Source: Yuukianura sp. NJ FZ-2021 (Eukaryota). From it: a stretch of 64,000 bases of DNA. How positions within the stretch are numbered: position 1 is the stretch's first letter; the number at the start of each line of letters is the position of its first letter. Below are positions 51,066 through 62,940 of the stretch, in pieces. The position numbers and the translations under genes were made by a program. The stretch spans positions 682,001 to 746,000 of the forward strand of contig CM102289.1 in NCBI GenBank assembly GCA_046563655.1, read 5' to 3'. The notes beneath the pieces are model-generated. The model was not told where the DNA came from. It did no database searches and saw nothing but the letters and a program-made list of their open reading frames with translations.

Positions 51066-53793
51066 TGGCGAAAATTAACTTTTTTAATTGGGGAAACTTT
51101 AATTGACGGGGGAAAGCTTAATTAGTTTTGCTACTAATATCCCTCCATACGGTACCAAATTTGAACAAAAAATTTGTCAACCAAAATTTGAGACGTTAAC
51201 AAAGATATGATTGAGAAAAAATCAAAATTTGACTAAACTTTACATTCAGTACACTTTTTAAAAGCGTATTTTTGTGTATTTTTTTGCATTTTGATGTGAA
51301 AGCGAGTGTAAATTGAATTAGAAGTTGAAAATTTTGAAAGAGTTGTACCGTGCGTATTCGGTTTTTGATTGGGCTTGACTTCTTAGCGTTTTCTAAACTG
51401 TTGACGTGACTGTTAATCTTGATCTGCAAATAAATGGGAGGGAGTCAGTTCCGCTAAAATTCAAAAAGTGCAAAATGCACACACATGCAAATTTCCTTTT
51501 AAGACTTTAACACAAAACTGAGATCGCGTGTTGTTTGAAGGTATTGACTCAAACCACCACATACTAATGTGCATGGGGAGTCGTTTTCAGTGTAACTTTT
51601 CAAAAAAGCTCTTTTTTCTAAAAAAAAAAAAGTAAAAACGAAAGAAACCTGTGGAAAGGGCCAAACGACGGATTAATGCTAGATCACCACGAAATGGCCC
51701 ATAAAGCCAAATGAAAAAAAAAGTAAAAGTTTTTGTGTTGATTGTGTTTCCAATTCCTCTACTTTTTTTTCTCGTTTTTCTAAAACTATACTTAAACCCA
51801 AAGTCTTTTACTTTTTTACAACCTTGTTTAAGCCCACTCAGCACTTTTACAATGGGGTTTCAAAAACTATCACAATGAAATTAGGCTTTTACAACCTTCA
51901 ACCAGTTAAAACACTCTGATTTCAATTCATTCTTTTACACCTGCGCAGACAAGACACAGTTTTTACTCTTCTGCGCAGCATTCATACTACTCTGAACCAA
52001 ATTTTTACAATGCCAGGCAACATTCCTACTATTCAGCACAAAATTTTAAGGAATTTGCTCAGATGTTTTGTGGATTTTCGAATTCAGTGATGATAAAATT
52101 TTTTCGTCATCTTCAAATTTCTGTGTTTTTTTTAAATTCACCAAATTCGTTCTCGGTTTTTGAAAATTTTTGTTGTATTTGGTGTAGTGGCGAAGCTATG
52201 GAAGTTATTGCGTTGTTTTTTCACTTTTAAGTTAGGTTTTGTTTGGCGTTATGTTGGATAAGGTTAGTTTTAGATTCGGCTAGGCTGGCAAAAGCTAGTT
52301 TTACGTTAGGTTTTGCTGGGAAAAGTTAGTTTTTTAGTTAGTTTCCGGTAGACTTTGATACATGAATCGAGCGGAGCGCTTTTATATCCCAATTTCGTTA
52401 GTTTTCTTTAGGTTAGTTCAGTTATGTTAGTTTTTGGGAAGAGTTAGAGTGGCGTTATAAGGAGAGGGACAGGAAATGAGAAAAGTGTCAGCATGAGATT
52501 CCGTTGGCCTCAAAAACACTACGTACAGGGTCCATGGACTGCCTGGAAATGAGGCTGGGAGCGTAACGTATTGCCGCACAGGGACACTTGAGATTTTACC
52601 ATTTTGAAACAGAGCGCCATTCCAGCTAGGAAGTGTGTCGCGGGATACTGAAAAGCACTAGTACTAGTCTAACCTAACGTTAGCCTAACAAAACCTAATG
52701 TAAAAAACCTAACTTTTGTAAGGGGGACTCAAGGGCCCTGGCCTCCTCCGGGTCCCTTATCCTCTTCAAGGCTCATAAACGACCTCATGGCTCTTTAAGA
52801 TCAAGGGATTAGTCATTTAAAAAATTTAGACTTTTTGAATTTCCCGCCTTAATCTCTCCCTCTTCAGTCCGACTACAAAATACAATGACTTTGGGAGAGG
52901 AACGAGCAGAGATGGGCATAAAATGGAAAGTGATACGCAGGGTCATAAAAATTCTTGTGCCCAACTCTGTGTCTCTTCAATTCCCAAACGTACCAGTAAT
53001 TAACTGTACATCCAATTTAAATTTCCCGCTTTCCAATTTTTCAAATTTTAAATTTCCCGCTCTCCCCTCTACCAAACTCGTGCTAAAAGAAAAGGGAGCT
53101 GGAAATTAGAAAAGCTAAGCATAGTGTGAAAAATTGTTTGTCTTGTTTTAAAAATTTAAAAAAGCGGGAGATTTTCAAATTAGGCGGGAATTGGAAGTTT
53201 GAACATAAGAGTTGTGCAATTAATCAGACTACGGAGAGACATAACGGGCGAAGGAACGAAGCAATGGCGCGGAAATTTTGACAAGTGGAATGTGGATGAC
53301 TAAAAAGAAAAGAAAAAAGTTTGAGTCATCCCGCGCTCTCCTTTCAAAACTTTTTTTTGCGTATTACCCCCACTTGACTGACTTTGGTGTAGAAAAGACA
53401 ACAAAGACAAAGTAAACTTTTGAAAAAAAAACGAGTATAAAGCCCAATTTATACTTTTCGTTTCCCTGACGTTGCCCAGGAAAAAGTTTGTCGTAGGCGT
53501 CTATAACAACGGAATTTAAAACACAAACGTAATGAAATTTTTATTAAAATAGTGAACTACGACAAACTTTTTCCTGGGCAACGTCAGCGAAACGAAAAGT
53601 ATAAATTGGGCTTAAGGAAGAAAAGAAGAAAAAAGGAGCAGATTCTAATAAAAAAGTTAAAGAACAAAGAAAGTCTAGAAACATTTCTCCTTTTTTCTTG
53701 CTTATTTCAGCGAGAAAATTTAAAAGTTTGTCAGATTCTTTCTGTCCCGCCAAGTTTTGAATTTCGTTTCACAAATTTTCTGTTTCAGCTGAA

Positions 53794-54204
53794 TAGTGCT
53801 TCAAGTTCGGGCCCGAAATGAAAAGTTCGAACTTCGAACCTAAGTTCGAACTTTCTGATGAGCAAGTTCGAACTTTCGAACCTTTTTTCTACATGTAAAA
53901 AGCAAGGGGCGGTGAAAAAATGGTTAGGGTAATAAATTTCGAAATTCACATCCGAAGTACATTTCACCCTGTATTTGAATTCTTTTTCAAAAACTAACTT
54001 AAAACAATAGGTTTAAAGTGAACTACAACTACTTTCTGTGGCAATACGCCACGGTTTTTGTAGAAATACATGCATTGTTGAATATTTGCCAATATTGACG
54101 TGTAGGTTCGAACTCTTTTGGCTGAAGTTCGAACTTCGAACCTAGGAAAACAGCCAGGTTCGAGTTCGGAAGTTCGAACTCTAAAGTTCGAACTTGAAGC
54201 ACTA
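53794..54204. mobile_element. hAT-type MITE (411 bp)
   Basis: TIR TAGTGCTTCAAGTTCG, perfect 8-bp TSD CAGCTGAA (53786-53793, 54205-54212), many subterminal GTTCGAAC palindromes. Confidence 0.92.
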
Positions 54205-55188
54205 CAGCTGAACAACTTTGAAATAATCCGACCACTTTTTTTAACCAAAATTTTACATAACAAAAACTTCTAAAAAGAATCTTGTTTTTAAATTCAATTT
54301 CGTCTAATGAATTTTGTCGAATTCAATGTAGTCTAATTTTTGTTTGTCGAACGACCGTTTGACCTTTAAATTGTGACTGTCAAAATTTTGAAAAAGAGCG
54401 GGAAACACTGAACTTTGTCTAATCAGCGATGGACAATGTTTGTTCAATGACCTTCCAAGTCTGAAATTGTAAAGTAAAATAAAATTTTGAACATCGAAGT
54501 TTCAAATCCAGTAAAACGAAAAACTTTTTTTTTTTTGGAAGTTAATGAAGGAAGCAAACAGAGTTCTCAATTTCTTTTTCTTTTCTATTCCCTGATGATC
54601 CAATTTGACTTTTGGGAACTTTTACACAAAAGAAGTAAAAAAGTGAAAGTAAAGAGAAAGTGTACGAAGGCAGAGGTAGAGTGGATCAAAGTTTTTGAGT
54701 TTAAGAGAGTTGATTTAATGAAATTAGAGACTCCTGCGTCCATTCCATTCTTCTCAAAAAATAGCGGGAGTTTTCAAATCCACTCAGTTGGAATTGAGTC
54801 GCATTTCTTCTGTCTCTGGAGAGACAGGAGTAGACTGTCCACATCCACAAGCACAAAAACCGAGTCAACTTGAAAAATTGTCCAAATATGAGCACCCCCC
54901 CCCCCCCTCCTTCTGAAAAAGTTTCATTCAAAACCTTTCCGCCACTCATACCATTCTTTTGCTTTTACGCTTCGCTTTCCTTTGTTTACGTTTTAAAAAC
55001 AAAGGAAAGTTGATTCACCGATTCAGTACAAGGGCCAACGCTCTTCAAAATTTGCAAATCACCGTTTGGAAAGTTAGTTTTTGTATTCTATGCATAGTAG
55101 CTTTTGCATGAAATCAAATAAATTTATTTACATTTTTTTTAATATATTTAACGATAAATTCTTTGTAGTTGAACAATGTACATGAGAA

Positions 55189-58036
55189 CTAGTTCGCTCT
55201 AGGTTGTCTTAATTCAATCCAATTGGATCTGTGTATTATTCTACGACTACATTTAGTTGAAATCCATGTTGCAACTTCTGTTAGTAGAAGTTTCAATTCT
55301 GTGCGAAATTTGTTTCCGAGAATTGCGTAGAGGATGAAATTGAGAGCAGAATTAATGAGTATGGGGAGAGAGACAATTGTGGCTGCAACTTCAGGCTCCA
55401 CTCCCTTCAGAATAAAGTTGAGTTCCAGTGCAGCAGCCAAGGAGTTAAGCAGGATGAACACAAACACAACTGAAAGCAACATTCTGGTTAGGGAACTGTC
55501 ATGAGCAGTAGTGTGTGTGGTTGCAGTAAGGCGCCGCTCTCTCGCTGCTTTGGTTACCTTTAATATAACATCAAAAAACACATTTTACTCCTTTAGTTTT
55601 GTGTTTTTTTTATAACCGTTGTTTTAAATTTACCGCCTTAATGATGAGTATGTTGAGTGTGACGATGGTAACAAAGGGAATGAAGTAGATGCATGTATAC
55701 CAGAGCAGTTGCTGGTACATGATTTGGTAGAATGGAAATCTGTGCAACTGACGAGGAAAACTTCTGCTCCACTCGGTAGACGATGCTTCGTAGCTCCATT
55801 TTACAAATTCCAGCCAACGCGGTAAATTTAAAAATGTTGCAAATCCGAATACTAGCAGTGTGTAACGTCGTGTCTTGCGTAATGTAAAAATTGATGATAC
55901 GAGTAGTGGCTGCGAAATCGCTACAAAGCGCTCCACCGTAACCAAAATCGTCATGAGTACCGATGCTGTATACACTGTTGAAAAAGTGTTAAATAAATAA
56001 TATAATATCGTTTATACATATGAACATACATATTTTAAATGTATTATGAATATTTCGTCCTAAGCTTAAATACTTACTTGTTTTGTTAGTTGGATACGCG
56101 ACATATCCATTCATATTTGAGCGCCGGAATTTTTCATGAAACAAATTGCCGAATTCCTCCGAAGTAACGAACGTAGTAATCAAGTACATGGAATCACAAC
56201 ATGTGAGTCCCAACAGAAGTATGCTTGTTGAGCTGCGCATTGCTCTGCGCATGAGCACAACGAACGTCAAGCTGTTACAAATGAGTCCAATACCACAAAT
56301 GCAGTAAACAAATACCATGTACGTGTAGTAAATTTGTAATAACAACGTTGAAGTTATTTCTTCTTCCGAGAATCCATGTAATTTCAAATGACGTGCAATC
56401 CTGTACTCTTTCTTGAGCCAACGATCATACTGGACTTCGTTCAACCGGTAACCATCTGTCTCGTTGAAAGTAAACCATAGTGACTCGTCCTGGTCATATG
56501 TAAAAGTGTTGGCGGAAAATGTGGTGTTGAAAATTGATTCTATGACTCTTTTAAATTGAGTTGTGACCTTTGCTCTGACGCGGTTGACAGGTATTTTGAT
56601 GATGATTGCCTGAGGTCGTTGCTTTACAAATTCCAAAAGCAACCGTTGAGACAATACATCCTCCATATTCATCGCTACTTGCTCTACATGTGGAAAAATA
56701 CTGCCAATATTGTCCAAAATTGTGTCCTCAATTGAGCACCCCTTGAACGACAAATATTTCAAACTTGACAAAGGCTGCTCTGGTAGCATTTTGACTCTAA
56801 CGTCAACAAATTGCAAATGTAAGGTTTCTAGTGATCTCAATTCGGGTGACCCCAGGTCAACTACTGGACACTCTTCTTCCAAATACTGACAGTCGATGGA
56901 CAGAGATTCCAATTCATGGATTTTCAAAATAGCATCTAATGTAGTGTTCCACAAATACGAATTGAATAGTTGAAGTTGTCGAAATTGTTTGGATAAATTG
57001 AAAACACCGAGGTCAAGGTCACCAAAGGTCACACTTATCTCCTGTAGTTGGGTGAACTGTTGTATTAACTGAGGAGGAGCCGAGTTGTAGCGGAAACTCA
57101 ACGATTCTGTTTTAATGTTGACTAGTGATTTGGCGGGAAGCATTGCGACGTCAATTGCTTCAGGAGCTTTGCTATAAATCTCTAGATTTTGAAGGACCAT
57201 AGCAGATTCCATAAGTTGTGATATGGAGCCGCCCATGATGTCACTGTACCGCAAGTCCAAAGTTTTGGTAAACGTCAAATTTATTAACTTCACATCAATT
57301 GTACAAAACACTGCGGTGAACGTTTTGAACATTGGGATCATGCTGTAAAGCAGTCTCCAAATGGTATCATCTCTAATCTTGGTTACTGTCAACCATGAAT
57401 TGCTCAATACGAAGTGTCCGTCTAGGCCAACAAAGCAAGAAATGTAAAAATTCAAATCCTGGAGGACAGTGGCTATTCCGGCTCCTCTGCTTTCATTTGT
57501 GTAAAAGAACATGAATGACTCTACTGCTTCGCGGACGTTCCAATCATATCTTGAACCATAAATTTGCTTGAATTCGAAATTTTTCAAATTTGGAAGGTAA
57601 ATGTTTTCGACATTCGTTTCACTTTTCCACTCCCACTCTACTAAGGCCAACTTCAAAGTTATCAAATTGGTACAATTGGTTAAAAAATTTGCAAGTGTGG
57701 ATCTTTTCACTCGCACCCATTTCAATTTCACTTCCGTTATTGCACACTGCCCATCCACTGCTAACATTTTCTCAACTTCGTCGAAATCCTCCAGAAAAGT
57801 TCTGTTTCCTTCCAGTAATATTTTATTTTCCTTCAAAAATTAAAAAAATGTGCAATTCTTTCGTTTATAAATAATTAGACACTCTTATATTAATCTACGT
57901 TATATTATGTTATCTATACATTAATGTATATTTTATGACCCGGTGTAGCCAACTTTGAGGTACTTACGGTGACGTATCTTTCGGCCTTCGCCTCTGAAAC
58001 AAGCAAAAATATGAATAAACTGATGCACAAATTCAT
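55189..58036 (-). CDS. Class A GPCR (FMRFamide-receptor-like 7TM) with a long LRR-like extracellular N-terminus, ~843 aa. Exons 58036-57968, 57830-56078, 55974-55634, 55557-55189
   Basis: Phases are compatible (2532 nt). Signal peptide MNLCISLFIFLLVSEAKA; LxxLxL repeats; GIGLICNSLT, LLGLTCCD, VTVERFVAI, LNLPRW, IPFVTIVTLNILI, INSALNFILY, KFR. Confidence 0.88.
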
Positions 58037-61000
58037 GATGCAAAAAAATTTAAATGGAATAACGCGCGAGAATGTTGCTTCTTGGAAATTTTTTGTATTC
58101 TAAAAGCGAAACGGGCAAGTAATGTCTTTTTATCGGAGCTTAAAAATAAAAATATCGGTTTAGTTTAATTTTTGTTTTTGAGTTGCCTAATCAAGCAAGC
58201 AAATTGTCTTTACCTTTTCTTTTTATTTTACAAAAATTCACTATCACTCGTTTTTTCATTATATTTTTTGCCTCTGATTTTTTTCATGTTACAAGAGGAA
58301 CCACAAAAGATAGCTCGTTCTTCAGCCAAAACCATCTAAAAAAAAACCATCCAAGTATTGCGTCAATGTTGTCCCGGAGGGAGTAACTATTCGGTTTTGG
58401 CGTGGTAGTTATTTAGTTTCATCATGGAGGGAGTAACTATTTGAACCTCCACAATGACCCGTTCAGCTCCAGATCTGTCACCAACTCGTTTTCCCCTGTC
58501 TTTTTCAAAGGTTGTCCAACCCGACACAATGCCCAACTCTGTTCCCATTGTTCCCGGTATTTCCCACCGTTGAAACAAAGCAAAAGCAGAGACGGGCATT
58601 TCTGTTGTTCCATGTGATTGTGTGCTGCTAATGAACATTTTCCTCTCCCTTCATCAATACCTCCACTTTCAAGTTTAATTTCCAAATTTTGAAATTTAAA
58701 AAGACGGACAAGTTCCCGCCCTCTCTTTACTCTGCAGACAGCCAGAAGTCCACTTTTTGTTTTATCAACCGACTCTCCTGCCCTTGTATTCATCACAACT
58801 TCCTAATTCCTATGATTATCCCCTCCGAAATAACTGTTATTAACTTATCATCAACTTTTACAAAATGCTAACTTCTCAAAGTGGACTTTTTACTTTCATG
58901 GGAATTTCGAAATTTTTTTTTAAAAAAATGAAAAAATGTGTTCCGTTTGAAAAGGTGGGATAAGTAGAGCTGTACATTTTAAGTCTTAAGTGGAAATTAT
59001 TTGATCACGGATGAACCTTGTTTGACTTTTTAAGAAATGGAAAGAAAACAAAGCAGGAAATGGTTTCAAAACAATGGAGTTCAAGGAGGCAAATTTCAAA
59101 TTCAATTCCGTCGGCAAAATACAAAAAAAAAATGCTAACAAGAAAAAAACTTAAAAAAGTAAACTGAATCGAAGAAAGTTTTATATTTTCACACAAACTG
59201 AAAACTTTGCAGTACTGAGAAGAATTTTTTTACCTACACAAAAATATTCCTTATTCTCAAATTTTAACGTGGGAAAACTTACAAATTCGGGAGTTTTGCG
59301 CGAAAATTCTAAAATTCGCGAAATTTGTGTGATTTTGAATGTTCGACGAGATTTTGCCTTAAGAGAAAAATTGAATTTTTTAACTTTTGAAAAAGTGGAA
59401 GTATGAAATTCAAAATTTCTTTGACTTTTTCGTCTTTTCTTGTGGCGGAAATGCATGACAAGGTTTCCTTCTTTCGTAAATTACAAAAGACGAGAAAAGA
59501 GTGTTGCGAAAGTGTCAAGTTGCCAAATCCATTTCATATTGTGAAACAAAAGAGTTTTTCCCTTTGTGTGCCATCTCAAGTGTAGGAGAAAGTGCGGGAA
59601 AAGTGAAACACAAAGGACTAAGGCTCAAAGTGTGAGGATATCAATCATTTTCCGCCTCCAAATTAATAGGAACCGAGACAAAGTGAAAGGAAACAATGAA
59701 AAGTCATTTTCTTGCCAAAAGTCATTCAGAAATGGCAAAAAAGAACAAATTTTCTTTTTGAACGGCGCAAGAGAAACCAAAATTTCAAACGTTTCAGTTC
59801 AAAAAGATCCTCACTTTGGTGAAAACTGGGCGTCATTTTCAACAAAAAAAAGTTTTGTAGCTTCTGTTTGACAAATGAAAGAGTTTTGAAAACTGGGTGC
59901 CATATTCTGCTCGTTAGCATTGTTTATATTGGCACTAGATTTTACTAATTACCGTTTCAGTTTTTGAAAAAGTGGATTCTTTGAATTGAACTTTTGAATT
60001 ACTTTACTTTTGAAATGTAAAAACAGTAAGTTGGGATTCAAATTTTTCAACAACCATTGTCTTCTTGCTCTTTTTTGAAAACAAAGAGTTCAAATTTCGA
60101 GCTCCGTTCGCTCCTTTGTCCAATGTCTTTTCAAAAACCGGTTTTTGGAACAATTACATTTGAATTTGAATTTTTGAATTTGTATTTAGCGGGAACTGTG
60201 TTGAGTAGGAGCAGAAGTTGGGGTGGAGTGATACAAATCATTTGACTTGTGAATAATTACCCACCATTTCTTAATTTGACTCCACCCTATGCACTCCTGA
60301 CTTCTCTCCCTGCTAACTAATGCACTAAATTTTGAATTTTTTTAGCCGCCACTTTTCGAAACTGAAAATGAGAAGCATTTTTACCGTAGTTGTTCCTTCG
60401 TTGATACGGATCTTAAAGTGAGTAATTAATAATGAACATTAAGTAAGTGGCTGCCACTTGGACGCCGTAAATCTTAGCCTAAAAAGAGTTCCGTCGAGGC
60501 AAAGTGTTTCTAAACAACAAAAATTTCAAATTCAAAATTTCCCGCCAGCAGCTATTTAGTTTCCTCCATGTTCGGCCGACACAAGAGAAAACTGTTTGGA
60601 AACAAAACTGCTTAAAAACCTGATCACTTTTCAATATCTGATCAGTTAGCATTGTACCACTTGGTTCATCAATTTACGATTTACTGCTGCAAAACGCAAC
60701 TAAATTTTACCAAATCCCATTTTTCAAAATTTTACATTTTTCTCTAAATTTTGTCATTTTTCTCTCTACATTTCCACATTTTTTCTACATTTCTACATTT
60801 TTCTTTAAATTTTTGCATTTTCACTCTACATTTCCATATTTTTTTTCTACATTTCTAATTTTTTTTTTCGATATTTCTATATTTGTGCCTTGTGCGGTTT
60901 GAAGAACCGGAAAATTCAAAATTCCCCAAAAATGTTTCTTAAATTCTTAAATTTTTTTGAAATAAAATTTTTCATTGGTTGTAAAGGCAGAAAATCCAAA

Positions 61001-61942
61001 CTGCTAAAAACTTTTTCTTGTTTCGGTGGCGTTTTGAAGCGAAAATTATCAATCAGTTTTATTTGGTCAGGTTAGCATTTGTTTTTTTCCCAAAACAAAT
61101 GCTGTTGTGGTGGTGTCGCTTTCTCGGAATTATCAGATTAAAAAAAACGTAAAAGTTTTGACGACTTTTGGCATTTTTAGCAAAATATGAACGTACGTAG
61201 TTAATAAAGCCTTGTATTCACAGTTTCACTAAAAAAACGAGAAGAGGCGTGCAAGTTTGAGAGAATTGTTGCGTGACCTCCGTTCGTCGTCTAATTAAAA
61301 TATCGCATGGGGTCAGTCCCACCAGGTCATAACTCATTCCCACTAAAAACAAACAACAAGCTCACAGTTATGCACAAAAAACTAACAACAAGCTAAAGGT
61401 TATGCACAAAAAACTAACTTTTATGTCCAGTCCATAACAATCAGGAATTTCTTTACGAAATCACTACCTACTCACATATATATTTACTTTTCTCAGTCAT
61501 GCATGCTCCAACTAGTGACACTTCCAACCTAATCTAATAGCCTAACCTAATCTTATAGCCTAACCTAATAACATCAACCTAACAAAAAAGCCTAATGCAA
61601 TCAATTGTCGTCACTGATCCTAATCTCAGTACAACTTAAAGCGTCTTTTGCTTTTAACACACAACTCAGTTTGAAAAAGGTGTCAGAACTTGTTTTCTCG
61701 AGTGATTTTTCTCACTGTTTCTCAGAAATTTAACAAAAAGAGGCCCATGACTCTTATACGACAGAATTTAAATGGAGATGCGCAATCGTCGAAATTGAGA
61801 TGCGCATGAGTCACTTCAGGGACTAGACATGCCTGGGACTGAATTTTAATCAAGTCCTTTAAGCCGCTTAAGGACTCTGTTCAGTTTTACATTTATTTTC
61901 ACTTTTGCAGCAAAACTGACGTGATTCTCCTTCAAAGTGAAG

Positions 61943-62087
61943 ATGGATCGGAGAGGAAACCGTCTCGGCTGGGCCCCACCGCCGTCCCACCAAGCCTCAC
62001 GTGTCTACGGTGGTTCTTCTGAGGGATCCTCTTCTGTCAATCCCTATGAGAGCATCGATGAAGAACGAGACAGACGCTCCAGACATG
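61943..62087 (+). CDS. Probable first coding exon of an unidentified large gene (exon 61911-62087); continues beyond what I can trace
   Basis: Strong acceptor TTTTCACTTTTGCAG| at 61910, AAGATGG start context, GC-richer open frame MDRRGNRLGWAPPPSHQASRVYGG...NPYESIDEERDRRSRH, donor G|GTAAGC. Confidence 0.6.
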
Positions 62088-62849
62088 GTAAGCACAAGGA
62101 TTTTGAGTTACGCACTTTTAGCGCGTATTTTTTTTTTTGAATTGTCCCCCTCTTTTGATAAGAACCGACCCTGACAGGATTTTGTGAATGAATCCACCCG
62201 AAAAGTTCAATTAATTGAAAACGGAGGGTCATGGCCCTGGGAAAGAAGCTTTTTTAGACTCAAGTGTGCCCGGGAGTATTTGAATTCAAACGAAGCTGTG
62301 AGAAGTCTTGTGTTTTACAACACAAAAAGGCTCCCTGCACAAGTACAAAAAGGCTCCCTGCCCGTTTTTGTTTATTTATATTCATTGAATAGGAAAAAAC
62401 AAACTGGGATCAGATAAGTTGTCACATTGGAGAAGAGGAAATCCTGGTCTTCCGTAAACGACATTGACATTGAGTACATGATGGGTTAGGGACACGAGGG
62501 CTCCCTGGGCCCTTAAGCCTCTGTCCCATAGGGATTACCCATGTCACGAACTTCTGTATCGATATTATTACAAGAAACTTTTACTTTTAGTCTCTTTCTC
62601 TATCCGAGTTTTGTGTATTGAAGGGATTTTCAGGTCAGTTTGAAGAGAAATCTATCCAGTTCCAATCCAAAACCTAGAGTACCGTAAATCTCCAAATATT
62701 GCCCTCGTTTTATGCTAGTCTTTAGTCGGAGGCTTTGAATTTCACTCGGCACTGGTTGGATTCCAAGAACATCTTGAGAATTAGCAATTTATTGGCGTTT
62801 TTTTTGTAGTTTATATAGATTAATGATTAATAGAGAGGTGATTAATAGA

Positions 62850-62940
62850 GCCGGATAGCCTAATTGGTAGAGAGCTTATTCCTGGAATACAGAGATGTGG
62901 GTTCGAGTCCCACACGTTCTCTATTTTTTTCTGCACTGTC
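62850..62940 (+). mobile_element. tRNA-derived SINE head / tRNA pseudogene, same family as 23288-23375
   Basis: GCCGGATAGCCTAATTGGTAGAG...GAGATGTGGGTTCGAGTCCCAC plus a similar tail TATTTTTTCTGCACT. Confidence 0.7.

Larger units (their letters stand above)
48487..51149. mobile_element. Foldback-type element: ~1.1-1.2-kb inverted arms around a ~370-bp spacer
   Basis: 48487-~49584 is the reverse complement of ~49956-51149; 6-bp direct repeat CGGTAC at 48481-48486 and 51150-51155. Confidence 0.88.

Noticed and set aside
48530..51106. Two 200-aa ORFs with (FSPFKISPIN)n repeats on opposite strands
   Set aside because: By-product of a stop-free 30-bp minisatellite in the two arms of the palindrome; no credible start or gene context.
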